Shown: piece by piece, positions 54,729 to 63,986 of the stretch
How the letters are laid out: each line of letters opens with the position of its first letter
Position numbering within the stretch: the first letter of the stretch is position 1
NCBI GenBank assembly: GCA_002841395.1
Contig: PGZM01000005.1
Coordinates: forward strand, 142,556-206,555
Length of the DNA: 64,000 bases
Reading direction: 5' to 3'
From: Firmicutes bacterium HGW-Firmicutes-9
Lineage (GTDB): Bacteria > Bacillota > Clostridia > Christensenellales > CAG-138
Notes under the pieces: generated by a model
The model's database searches: none
What the model was told of the DNA's origin: nothing
The model's input: only the letters and a program-made list of their open reading frames with translations
Position numbers and translations under genes: made by a program

Positions 54729-56471
54729 ATGGATCAGGTAACAGTCAAAATCAACGGGATCGAAACAAAGGTTCCCGCCGAATCTACCATTCTCGAAGCT
54801 GCTCACATTGCGGGTATCCGTATCCCGACGCTGTGCTACCTTCGTGAGATCAACGCCATCGCGGCGTGCCGTATCTGCCTTGTGCAGGCGACGGGCGTGC
54901 GCGGTCACGCGGCTGCCTGCGTTCAGAAGGTCGCCGACGGCATGGAGATTCAAACCAACACGCCCGGCCTGCGCGACGCGAGAAAGACCACGCTGGAGCT
55001 CATTTTGAGCAACCACCGCATGGACTGCCTCAGCTGCGATCGCAGCCCGGACTGCGAACTGCAGTCTCTCGCGCATGAGTATGGCGTAGACCAGTATAAG
55101 TACATGGGCAGCGAGAACCTCAAACCCCAGTATGAGAGAAGCGCGCCGCACCTCGTCCGCGACAACAGCAAGTGCATCCTGTGCCGCCGCTGCGTTGCGG
55201 TCTGTGATGCAAACCAGCATTGCGCGGTCATCGGCACCAACGAGCGCGGTTTTGACACGCATGTCGGCAGCGCGTTCGATATGCCGCTGAATGAGACCAG
55301 CTGCATCAACTGCGGTCAGTGCATCTCGGTCTGCCCGACGGGCGCGCTCTGCGAGCGTGACGACACGCATCTCGTCTGGGATGCGCTTGCCGACAAGACC
55401 AAGCATGTGATCGTTGCGCCCGCGCCTTCCGTGCGCGTACAGCTCGGCGAATGCTTCGGTATGCCGATCGGCACCAACGTGCAGGGCAAGCTCGTCACCG
55501 CGCTTCGCCACCTCGGCTTTGAGAAGGTGTTCGACGTAGACTTTGCAGCCGACGTCACCATCATGGAAGAGGGCACGGAGCTCTTAAACCGCCTGCAAAA
55601 CGGCGGCAAGCTCCCGCTGATCACGTCCTGCTCGCCGGGTTGGATCAAGTTCTGCGAATATTACTTCCCGGATATGGTCGAGAATCTTAGTAGCTGCAAG
55701 AGCCCGCAGCAGATGTTTGGCGCGCTTGTGAAAACCTATTACGCCGAGAAGATGGGCATCGATCCCAAGGATCTCTACGTCGTCTCCATCATGCCCTGCA
55801 CCGCGAAGAAATTCGAGTGCACGCGTGATGACCAGAGTGCGGCGGGCGTGCCGGATGTCGATATTTCCCTCACCACGCGCGAGCTTGCGAATATGATCAA
55901 GCGCTCGGGCATCCGCTTTGCGGAGCTGCCGGACGAAGAGTTCGATCCGATGCTGGGCGTTGCCTCTGGTGCTGCACATATCTTCGGCGCAACCGGCGGC
56001 GTTATGGAAGCGGCGCTTCGCACCGTTGCCGAAATCGTTACCGGCAAACCGCTGGATAACGTGGACTTCACGGCCGTTCGCGGCGTCGAAGGCTGCAAAG
56101 AGGCGGAATACGACCTCGCGGGCACCAAGGTGCGCGTTGCGGTCACCAGCGGTACCGAAAACGCCTACCAGCTCCTCGAGATGGTCAGAAAAGGCGAGGC
56201 GGACTATCATTTCATCGAAGTCATGGCCTGCCCGGGCGGCTGTGTCAACGGCGGCGGACAGCCCCATCAGCCGGGCGAAGTGCGTAACTTCATCGACCTG
56301 CGCGCCGAGCGTGCCAAGGGTCTCTACGGCCAGGACAAAGAGATGAAGCTCCGCAAGAGCCACGAGAATCCCTTCGTCAAGGAACTGTATGATACCTACC
56401 TTGAGAAGCCGGGTTCGCACAAAGCGCACCACATCCTGCACACGACCTACGTCAAGCGCAAGGTGTATTGA
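54729..56471 (+). CDS. hydA: [FeFe] hydrogenase catalytic subunit, group-A3-type (HydA)
   Basis: N-terminal 2Fe-2S and 4Fe-4S domains. The H-cluster motifs are TSCSPGW, MPCTAKKFE and EVMACPGGCVNGGGQP. Confidence 0.9.
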   Translation: MDQVTVKINGIETKVPAESTILEAAHIAGIRIPTLCYLREINAIAACRICLVQATGVRGHAAACVQKVADGMEIQTNTPGLRDARKTTLELILSNHRMDCLSCDRSPDCELQSLAHEYGVDQYKYMGSENLKPQYERSAPHLVRDNSKCILCRRCVAVCDANQHCAVIGTNERGFDTHVGSAFDMPLNETSCINCGQCISVCPTGALCERDDTHLVWDALADKTKHVIVAPAPSVRVQLGECFGMPIGTNVQGKLVTALRHLGFEKVFDVDFAADVTIMEEGTELLNRLQNGGKLPLITSCSPGWIKFCEYYFPDMVENLSSCKSPQQMFGALVKTYYAEKMGIDPKDLYVVSIMPCTAKKFECTRDDQSAAGVPDVDISLTTRELANMIKRSGIRFAELPDEEFDPMLGVASGAAHIFGATGGVMEAALRTVAEIVTGKPLDNVDFTAVRGVEGCKEAEYDLAGTKVRVAVTSGTENAYQLLEMVRKGEADYHFIEVMACPGGCVNGGGQPHQPGEVRNFIDLRAERAKGLYGQDKEMKLRKSHENPFVKELYDTYLEKPGSHKAHHILHTTYVKRKVY

Positions 56472-56491
56472 TCCCAATCAACCAAACAAAG

Positions 56492-56523
56492 GCTCCCGCA
56501 ACTTGTGTGCGGGAGCTTTTTTG
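56492..56523 (+). terminator. Intrinsic terminator after hydA
   Basis: GCTCCCGCA-N7-TGCGGGAGC followed by T6. Confidence 0.7.
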
Positions 56524-56641
56524 TTCAGCGGGATAGGATTTCTGTTATATTTATGATATATCTGAAAAAAGATTCCAGATTTTTGAAATTCTTATGCAAT
56601 AAATGCCCTTCTTTTCCGTCAATATAGCATAAGGGGAAACG

Positions 56642-57190
56642 ATGGCGATGGATCAAAGCGAAAACAGCAAGTGGTATGCGTTCTTCACCCGCGACGGGGA
56701 GAAGCTCGTTCACTTTGCCAGAAACCACGCACGTCGCATCAGCGAAATGGACGCGGAGGATATCGTCGCGGACGTGATGCTGCAACTCGTGAGCCGCCTC
56801 GAGACCAACGGCCCCGTGGAGAACATCGCAGCCTATGCCTACCGCGCCGTGCGAAACAAGATCGCAGACTACGAGCGGAAGCGCGCGAAGGAGACGAGCC
56901 TCGACGGCATGGCGGACGCGGACGGGGAGCTGCCGCTTCTGAGCATGCTGGCCGCGGAAAACGAGGAGCCGTTTGCGCAGGAAGAACGGGTGGAACGCAT
57001 GCACCGCCTGACGGACGCCATCGGCAAACTGGAACCCAGACAGCGCGCGATCCTGATCGCGACCGAACTTAAGGGGAAATCCTTCCGCGAACTTGCCGAG
57101 GAGTGGAATGAACCCATCGGTACGCTGCTCTCACGAAAGAGCCGCGCTGTCAAGGCCCTGCGGCAAATGTTGGAAGAACCTGAAATATAG
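56642..57190 (+). CDS. ECF-type RNA polymerase sigma factor
   Basis: Region 2 (DIVADVMLQL...YAYRAVRNKIADY) and region 4 (LEPRQRAILIATELKGKSFRELAE...GTLLSRKSRAVKALR). Confidence 0.85.
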   Translation: MAMDQSENSKWYAFFTRDGEKLVHFARNHARRISEMDAEDIVADVMLQLVSRLETNGPVENIAAYAYRAVRNKIADYERKRAKETSLDGMADADGELPLLSMLAAENEEPFAQEERVERMHRLTDAIGKLEPRQRAILIATELKGKSFRELAEEWNEPIGTLLSRKSRAVKALRQMLEEPEI

Positions 57191-57238
57191 TTACGCCTCA
57201 ATGCAAAACAAAAAGACAAGAAAAATGGGAGAATCAAT

Positions 57239-57685
57239 ATGAGCAAAATCAAGAAACAATGGGACACCGTTCCCAACTGGGCAAAGTATACGCTATACAC
57301 GGTGCTCGGCATCGCGGGCGCATTCCTGCTGGGGTTGCTGTTCGGCAACCTGATCATGTGGCTCTGGAACTGGCTGATGCCGAGTCTCTTCGGACTTCGC
57401 ACCATCGGCTTCTGGGAAGGCCTCGGCATCTTCCTGCTGGCAAAGCTGATTTTCGGCTTCGGCGGCTCGAGCAGCTCCGGTGAAGGGGATAAAAAGCACC
57501 ATCACGGCAAGCGGCATTATCACCGTCGCAGCGGCGAGGGCGAGAAGCATGACTGGAAAGACTGGGAGTATTATGACGACTGGTGGGAAGCGGACGGCAA
57601 GACCGCATTCCATGCCTATGCTGAGAACATGAAAAAGGAATCGGCAGACAAGACCGAAGAGAAATCCGAAGAAACGACGAAATAA
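57239..57685 (+). CDS. Membrane protein (3 TM helices) with a His/Arg-rich and Trp/Asp-rich tail; candidate sigma partner
   Basis: It follows the sigma gene after 48 nt. It has no zf-HC2 motif. The tail reads KKHHHGKRHYHRR...DWKDWEYYDDWWEADGK. Confidence 0.6.
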   Translation: MSKIKKQWDTVPNWAKYTLYTVLGIAGAFLLGLLFGNLIMWLWNWLMPSLFGLRTIGFWEGLGIFLLAKLIFGFGGSSSSGEGDKKHHHGKRHYHRRSGEGEKHDWKDWEYYDDWWEADGKTAFHAYAENMKKESADKTEEKSEETTK

Positions 57686-57710
57686 TCCAAATTTGGAATC
57701 ACGCAAAAAA

Positions 57711-57738
57711 GAACGGGGCAACCGCCCCGTTCTTTTTT
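57711..57738. terminator. Bidirectional terminator
   Basis: GAACGGGGC-aacc-GCCCCGTTC flanked by A6 and T6. Confidence 0.7.
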
Positions 57739-57739
57739 G

Positions 57740-58945
57740 CTATCTTTGCCGCCTGTTCAACGCTCTCGCGGTGAAATATACGGCAATGCCCAACACTCCC
57801 AATCCGACGAATACCAGCGCCCACGGGAAGGCTGACCCATCATTCAGGCTCGCGACCGTCGGCACATCCGCAACCACGTCGCTTGTGAAATTCACTTTGG
57901 TGGAGGAGGACGCCGTGCGTGTGCGGCGCGTGCTCAGCTGCGTGGCGTTTTGATCCTGTGCGGCTGCCTGATCCTGTTGTGTCTGCGCGTCGTCCGTCGT
58001 CGTACCGGACGTAGTCGAGCCTGCGCTGCCGCCGGAGCCGACGTTCATTCCGCCGCCACCCGTCGGGGCTTCCTCCCAGATGGCGATCAGCGTCAGGTCT
58101 CCCGTCGTGCCTTCGGGGATGACGAGTTTATCTTGCGGGACAGTGACGCCGAGAGATTCACAAATCCACCCCGCGAACACGAACCCGTCCTTGACAGGAT
58201 TGTTGAGCAAAATCGCCGCATCGCTGGCGGTATAGCTCGTCGGGTTCAGCGCGGAGAGCGTAGATCCCGTCAGTCCGCCGTAGGTCAGCAAGTAGGAAAG
58301 CGAAAGCGTATCCGTGTTTTTGGTGACAAGTCGAAAGACGTTTCCCGCATCGGTCACCACCGTCTCAATCGAAATATACGAAGCGAAATTGCCACCGCCC
58401 ATCTTCACGTAAACAACGCCGGTTGCGGGACGCGCAACATATGCGCTCGTGTCCGCGCCGGAAGTGCCTTCGTAGTACAGCGCGGAGATGCTTTCTCCGC
58501 TCGTTGCGTTGAGGTTTTCGAGCGAGAGCACCCGTGCTCCGCGCACGGTTCCGCCGCCACTTGCGGTAATGGTCGCAGTAATGCTGCTGCCAAACTCACG
58601 CAGAAGCGTCCCGCCCGCAACCTCAATCGCGCCGCCGGTGATGCTGCCGCCGACGTCCAGAAGACCTGTGATACGGAGCACGCCGCCTGTGCTCAAATCC
58701 AGCGTGACGTTGGAAGGGATCACTGCCGAGCCGGAAAGCTCAATCTCCACCGTACCCGGTGTATAGTAAATCGTGGTCGGTGTACCGCTCGTCGCGGCGT
58801 CGCTCAGCGCGGTTCTAAGCTCGTCCGCGCTCGTGACAAGCACCGTATCCGGCAAGGTACCCGCAAAGAATAAGCTCATGAAAAGCGTACAGAGCATCAA
58901 GGCGATCAATGTGCGGGGAATCGGATTGGATGGTGTATTTCTCAT
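57740..58945 (-). CDS. Surface protein with a signal peptide, beta-rich domain, InlB-B/Flg_new-like repeat and C-terminal TM anchor
   Basis: KDGFVFAGW repeat signature, a Gly/Ser/Thr/Gln linker and the C-terminal helix WALVFVGLGVLGIAVYF. The ATG at 58945 has an AGGAGAGGG RBS. Confidence 0.65.
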   Translation of the reverse strand: MRNTPSNPIPRTLIALMLCTLFMSLFFAGTLPDTVLVTSADELRTALSDAATSGTPTTIYYTPGTVEIELSGSAVIPSNVTLDLSTGGVLRITGLLDVGGSITGGAIEVAGGTLLREFGSSITATITASGGGTVRGARVLSLENLNATSGESISALYYEGTSGADTSAYVARPATGVVYVKMGGGNFASYISIETVVTDAGNVFRLVTKNTDTLSLSYLLTYGGLTGSTLSALNPTSYTASDAAILLNNPVKDGFVFAGWICESLGVTVPQDKLVIPEGTTGDLTLIAIWEEAPTGGGGMNVGSGGSAGSTTSGTTTDDAQTQQDQAAAQDQNATQLSTRRTRTASSSTKVNFTSDVVADVPTVASLNDGSAFPWALVFVGLGVLGIAVYFTARALNRRQR

Positions 58946-59186
58946 ATATGTCCCTCTCCTGAAAGGATTGCGCTCGCGCGCATGATTCGATTCTTTTTTC
59001 CTATCGTATACGGCGAAGTTGGCACAATCTTGACAAAAACCCGACGCTTTATCGGGAGTTTTATAGGTCGCATGCAATTTTCTCAATCTGTCGAAATGCT
59101 ACATATTTGTCGCAACCGTGTGCCACGTTTGTGCCACACCAGCCCAATATGATCAAAGGCGAATGAAATTGGGAGGCGAAAACCGT

Positions 59187-60848
59187 ATGGAATCGATCGA
59201 CACATCATTTAACGCAGCAAAGCAAAAGAAAAAGAAGCAGAAGCGCACGCGCACCATCATAATCATCGGTGCGGTGGTAGTGCTTGCAGTCGTTGGAACA
59301 ATCATAGCCATCTCGTTCTCGCAGAAGAGCAGCAGGGGCACCAGCACGCTATCATATCGCGCGACCGCTGTCTCCAGCGGCGAAATCAGCACGACGATCG
59401 ACGGCAGCGGCACGCTGGCAGCACTCGAAAGCCAGGACGTCATCACGACGGAAGAATCCACCGTTACCGCAGTGAACTTCAAGCCGGGCGACGCGATCAA
59501 GGCAGGCGACGTGGTCATGACCATGACTTCTTCCGAGGTGGAGAGTCAGTTGGACGATCTGAACGATCAGCTCAGCGACACGCGCACCTCACTTGCCACG
59601 GCAAAGCAGCTGTTGACCAATCTGAACGTTACCGCCAGCAAGGGCGGTATCGTTAAGGATATTCAGGCGCTGGTTGGCAGCATCGTGGACGACATGGACT
59701 ATCTTTGCCTGATCGCAACTGACGGCAAGATGCAGGTCTTGATTCCGGCGACCGACGAGATGGAGCAGTATGACGCCGTCATCGTGCAGGTCGGTGAGGA
59801 TACGCAGGAAGGCTATATCACCAAGATTGTAGACGGCATGGCGACGATCGTGTTTACCGACAACTACTATCCTGTCGGCACCTCGGCTACCGTATTAAAC
59901 GAGAGCGGAGCCACGCTCGGCACGGGCAGCATCGACGTCAACGAATACGTCGAGGTCACCGCAGCATCCGGCAAGATCGCCAAAGTCAAGGTGACGGATA
60001 ACCAGAAGATCAGCAAGAGCTCGACGGTATTTACGCTTGCAGAAGGCGCGCCGACGGCGACCTATACCGCGCTGAAGAATACGGAAGCAGAGCTTTTGAC
60101 GCAGATTGCTGAGCTGGAAGCGCTGCTGACCGTGAAAGCGGACACCGACTGTACGCTAACCTCTCTCTCTGTGGAGCCGGGGGATACGGTCGCAGCGGGC
60201 ACTACGGTCTGCTCAATGACCGGCACGGGCGGGTTTACCATCGCGCTGTCCATCGATGAGCTGGATATCGCAAGCGTGAAACTCGGCCAGAACGCGACCG
60301 TCACGCTCGACGCACTCAACGGTGAATTCACGGGAACCGTGACCAACATCTCGTACTCTGGAAGCGGCAGCTATGTTACGAGCTTTACCGCGACCATCTC
60401 CACCGAGCCGATTGACGGCGCATACCCCGGCATGAGCGCTTCCGCGGAGATCATCACTGATACCAGCGGCGAGACGTTGATCGTTCCTGTGTCGGCGGTG
60501 CAGTATGAAGGCGACAGCGCGTTTGTCTATCTCGCGGACGATGGCGTGAAGATGGGCGCAATGCTCGGAGACGGTGCGCTTGATCTCGATAAGCTCACGA
60601 AGGTGACCATCACCACCGGCATGTCGGACGGTTCCTACATCGCCATCTCGGCGGAAGGACTCGCGGCGGGCGACGTGATCTGGGTGCCGGAACGCACGAG
60701 CAGTGCAACCTATACCGCAGACGACTCGACGACAGCCAACTACTTCATGACGCAGGGCGGCATGACAATGCCGAGCGGAACCAGCGGCACATTCCAACCG
60801 CCGAGTGATATGGGCGGTGGCAACTTCCAACCCCCGAGCGGCAATTGA
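59187..60848 (+). CDS. HlyD/MacA-like periplasmic adaptor (membrane fusion) protein
   Basis: An N-terminal TM helix after a Lys-rich segment, a coiled-coil hairpin, beta-barrel segments, and position upstream of the ABC pair. Confidence 0.7.
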   Translation: MESIDTSFNAAKQKKKKQKRTRTIIIIGAVVVLAVVGTIIAISFSQKSSRGTSTLSYRATAVSSGEISTTIDGSGTLAALESQDVITTEESTVTAVNFKPGDAIKAGDVVMTMTSSEVESQLDDLNDQLSDTRTSLATAKQLLTNLNVTASKGGIVKDIQALVGSIVDDMDYLCLIATDGKMQVLIPATDEMEQYDAVIVQVGEDTQEGYITKIVDGMATIVFTDNYYPVGTSATVLNESGATLGTGSIDVNEYVEVTAASGKIAKVKVTDNQKISKSSTVFTLAEGAPTATYTALKNTEAELLTQIAELEALLTVKADTDCTLTSLSVEPGDTVAAGTTVCSMTGTGGFTIALSIDELDIASVKLGQNATVTLDALNGEFTGTVTNISYSGSGSYVTSFTATISTEPIDGAYPGMSASAEIITDTSGETLIVPVSAVQYEGDSAFVYLADDGVKMGAMLGDGALDLDKLTKVTITTGMSDGSYIAISAEGLAAGDVIWVPERTSSATYTADDSTTANYFMTQGGMTMPSGTSGTFQPPSDMGGGNFQPPSGN

Positions 60849-60907
60849 GGCGCGTATGATGCGAACAATCAAACAAGCACCATTGTTGTGCGGGAAAGGA
60901 GCGCGTC

Positions 60908-61594
60908 ATGCTGATCCTCGAACACCTGTATAAGACCTACTATGTCGGCGACGAGACCGTTCACGCGCTGGACGATGCCTCGCTGCATGTGAAACCCGCG
61001 GAATTTGTCGCGATCTGCGGACCCTCCGGCTCCGGTAAGACGACGCTGATGAACGTCATAGGCTGTCTCGACCAGCCGGATTCCGGCCGCTACATCCTAG
61101 ACGGCGTGGATGTCGCGGAGTGCAGCGACAATGAGCTCTCCATGATTCGCAGCGAGAAGATCGGGTTTGTGTTTCAGCAGTTCAACCTGCTGGACTCCAT
61201 GAGTGCGCTGGAGAACGTGGAACTCCCGCTGATCTATCAGAAGCTCTCGCAAAAAGAGCGAATCGAACGCGCGAAAGCAGCGCTTGATCAGGTGGGGCTA
61301 TCAAATCGCATGCTGCACCGTCCGAGCCAGCTGAGTGGCGGTCAGCAGCAACGCGTGGCGATCGCAAGAGCGCTTGCCAGTAACTCCCGCGTGATCCTTG
61401 CGGATGAACCCACCGGCAACCTGGACAGCAAGAGCGGCAACGACGTGATGCGCATGATCCAGCGGCTCTCGAGCGAGGGATATACCATCGTGTTGATCAC
61501 CCACAACGAAGAGATCGCGCGGCAGGCGCAGCGGACGGTCTATGTCCGCGACGGGCGGCTGTTCCGCTCGCTGGAGGAGGCGGAGCAGCTATGA
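60908..61594 (+). CDS. ABC transporter ATP-binding protein (MacB/LolD-type)
   Basis: Walker A GPSGSGKTT, signature LSGGQQQR and Walker B ILADEPTGNLD. Confidence 0.9.
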   Translation: MLILEHLYKTYYVGDETVHALDDASLHVKPAEFVAICGPSGSGKTTLMNVIGCLDQPDSGRYILDGVDVAECSDNELSMIRSEKIGFVFQQFNLLDSMSALENVELPLIYQKLSQKERIERAKAALDQVGLSNRMLHRPSQLSGGQQQRVAIARALASNSRVILADEPTGNLDSKSGNDVMRMIQRLSSEGYTIVLITHNEEIARQAQRTVYVRDGRLFRSLEEAEQL

Positions 61595-62745
61595 CGATGT
61601 TTTTTAATTCTCTTCGCCTCGCGATGCGTTCAACGCTCGCGAACAAGATGCGCTCGTTTTTGACCATGCTGGGCATCATCATCGGCGTGATGAGCGTGAT
61701 CATACTCGTCTCCATTGCGCAGAGCACGACAAGCAGCATCACCAACGCCATCTCCTCGATGGGCTCGGACCTCTTGACCGTCAGCGTGACGGACGAAGAC
61801 ATCACGCTCGATCTGGACGACTTCATGACGCTTGCGGACTACGATGGGATTGCGGGTGTCGCGCCGTATCTGACCGTGAGCAGCACCGCGCGCAGCGGGT
61901 CGACCTACACGAGCGTCTCCGCGGTCGGCGTAACCGGAGACTATATGGAGATCGCGGGCAGCGATCTGGAATCCGGCAGAGGTATCGTGGCGTCCGATCT
62001 GGAATGGCGGACGTACACCGCAGTGATCGGCTCCGGCGTTGCGGGAGATCTGTTTGAAAGCTACGACGTCATCGGCAAAACCTTCAAGATGAGCGGGCAT
62101 ACGTTCACGGTGGTGGGTTTGCTTTCCGAGAGCGGGTCGAGCAACGATTCGCAGATTCTGATTCCGCTGACCACGGCGCAGCGCATCGCGGACAGCACCG
62201 CGATCACGAGCGCCTATGTGCAGGCGACGTCCACCAACACCGTGGATATTGCGCAGGCGCAGGCGGAGTATCAGATGCTCCTCTTGACGAGGGATGAAGA
62301 CAGCTATGACGTTTACAACATGAGCGAACTGCTGGATACGCTGGACGACGTGATGAGCACGCTCTCGCTGATGCTCGGTGGTATCGCGGCAATCTCGCTG
62401 CTCGTCGGCGGCATCGGCATCATGAACATCATGCTCGTCTCGGTCGCTGAGCGTACACGGGAGATCGGAATCAGAAAGGCCATCGGCGCGCGCAGAAGCC
62501 ACATCATGATGCAGTTTCTGATTGAGGCGTGCGTGCTATCGATCCTCGGCGGACTCATCGGCCTAGGCCTCTCCGCACTGGGATTGCAGATCTTCGGCAT
62601 GATTGCGGACATGACCATCGCCATCGAGTGGCGGGCTGCAATCATCGCGCTGCTGTTCTGCGTGGTGATCGGCGTAGCGTTCGGCAGCTATCCTGCGGCA
62701 AAGGCGAGCAAGATGACGCCCATCGAAGCGCTGCAGAGGAACTAA
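61591..62745 (+). CDS. ABC transporter permease (MacB_PCD plus FtsX domain)
   Basis: An N-terminal TM helix, a periplasmic domain, and the C-terminal FtsX sequence GGIGIMNIMLVSVAERTREIGIRKAIGA. Its start overlaps the ATPase stop. Confidence 0.9.
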   Translation: MTMFFNSLRLAMRSTLANKMRSFLTMLGIIIGVMSVIILVSIAQSTTSSITNAISSMGSDLLTVSVTDEDITLDLDDFMTLADYDGIAGVAPYLTVSSTARSGSTYTSVSAVGVTGDYMEIAGSDLESGRGIVASDLEWRTYTAVIGSGVAGDLFESYDVIGKTFKMSGHTFTVVGLLSESGSSNDSQILIPLTTAQRIADSTAITSAYVQATSTNTVDIAQAQAEYQMLLLTRDEDSYDVYNMSELLDTLDDVMSTLSLMLGGIAAISLLVGGIGIMNIMLVSVAERTREIGIRKAIGARRSHIMMQFLIEACVLSILGGLIGLGLSALGLQIFGMIADMTIAIEWRAAIIALLFCVVIGVAFGSYPAAKASKMTPIEALQRN

Positions 62746-62892
62746 GCATTCCATTCTCCTCATAAGCCCCGTTGGAATTGTTCCGCGGGGCTTTCGCGCG
62801 CGCGGGGCAAATACACCATGCCGCAATGTTCTTTGACAGTACCATGACGGCAGGCTATAATGAACTCATCCGCACAAAGGAGCATTTCTGAT

Positions 62893-63423
62893 ATGACGCA
62901 ATTCTCCCATACGTTTACCATTACGAAAAAGGACAATCTGCGCTATAACTTCTTTCTGATGCAGAAAAAACTCATCGCAACGAGCGCGCTGGTGTTTGTC
63001 ATCATCGCAGCGATGATCGGGCTGCTCAAATATGCGCAGACCCAGAGCGTATCCATCGCGCTGATCAACGCGCTGATCATGTCGGTTGCCGGCACGCTGG
63101 TGCTCATCGGCATCAACATCATTACAACGGTGACGCGCATCAACGGCTACTACAAGCAAAAGAAACTCACGGACTTCACCGTGACGTTTACGACGGACAA
63201 AGCTGGCATCCACGCCACGAGCGAGCGCGGGAATTCCGACCTTGACTGGAACAGAATCGTCGAAGTGCGCGAAACCAAGCATGCGTTCTATGTGTTCATC
63301 ACGGATTCGCACGCAAATGTGCTGCCCAAAGATCAGTTTTCGAATGAAGCCGAGATTGTGACATTCCGTGCGCTCTTGGAAAAGAACGTCGAAGCCGCGA
63401 GATTGAAGATCAAACACGCATAA
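62893..63423 (+). CDS. YcxB-like membrane protein (2 TM helices plus bacterial PH-like domain)
   Basis: The pattern FTITKKDNLRYNFF, two TM helices, then W..I.....K.AFYVFI. AAAGGAG RBS before the ATG at 62893. Confidence 0.65.
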   Translation: MTQFSHTFTITKKDNLRYNFFLMQKKLIATSALVFVIIAAMIGLLKYAQTQSVSIALINALIMSVAGTLVLIGINIITTVTRINGYYKQKKLTDFTVTFTTDKAGIHATSERGNSDLDWNRIVEVRETKHAFYVFITDSHANVLPKDQFSNEAEIVTFRALLEKNVEAARLKIKHA

Positions 63424-63464
63424 CGGGAGATTATTACGTCTATCCGCGAAAACGAGGTGTAATC

Positions 63465-63986
63465 ATGACCTACTCCGGCAGGTTTACGATCACCAAGCAG
63501 GACAATATCCAATACAACTATTTCCGCATGAAGCGTAAGCTCGCGGGGATTGCGATCATGACGTTTGTCATCCTTGGCGTGCTGGTCACGTTGATTCGCT
63601 ACGGGCAAGGCATTTCTGTAGCCAATGCGGGCGGAGTCGGGTTCATCGCAGCTGCGACTGGCGCAATCGCGATGATCGCATTTAATCTGATCTCGGTCGT
63701 GGTGCGCGTCAACAACCACTACAAAAAGGGTGAGATGAGCGACTTTTCCGTGCAGTACAGCATCGACCGCAACGGCGTGCATGCAAAAAGCGACCGCGGG
63801 GACACGGATTTTACCTGGAAGCAGATCTATCTCGCGCGGGAAACGCGAAACGCCATCTATCTGATCGCAGGCGAAAAGCGCGCTGTGGTGATCCCAAAAG
63901 CGCAGATCGCGAGCGAGAGTGAGCTCACGAACCTTCGCAGTCTGTTGCGTAAATACGTCGTCGCGGGCCGGGCGAAAGTCGCATAA
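63465..63986 (+). CDS. YcxB-like membrane protein, tandem paralog
   Basis: Same architecture as the previous gene: FTITKQDNIQYNYF, two TM helices, then WKQIYLARETRNAIYLI. Confidence 0.65.
   Translation: MTYSGRFTITKQDNIQYNYFRMKRKLAGIAIMTFVILGVLVTLIRYGQGISVANAGGVGFIAAATGAIAMIAFNLISVVVRVNNHYKKGEMSDFSVQYSIDRNGVHAKSDRGDTDFTWKQIYLARETRNAIYLIAGEKRAVVIPKAQIASESELTNLRSLLRKYVVAGRAKVA

Noticed and set aside
52941-55511. 856-aa minus-strand ORF spanning hydB and hydA
   Set aside because: It is antisense to two genes with unmistakable NuoF and HydA motifs. The translation is Ala/Arg/Asp/Leu-rich with no recognisable family. I treat it as a high-GC artefact.
46845-62502. Antisense ORFs 46845-47732 (+), 50739-51788 (-), 55584-56477 (-), 57950-58873 (+), 60213-60872 (-) and 61630-62502 (-)
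   Set aside because: They lie opposite galE, the HydS-like/DRTGG/PHP genes, hydA, the surface protein, the HlyD-like adaptor and the ABC permease. I reject them for the same reason as the other antisense ORFs.
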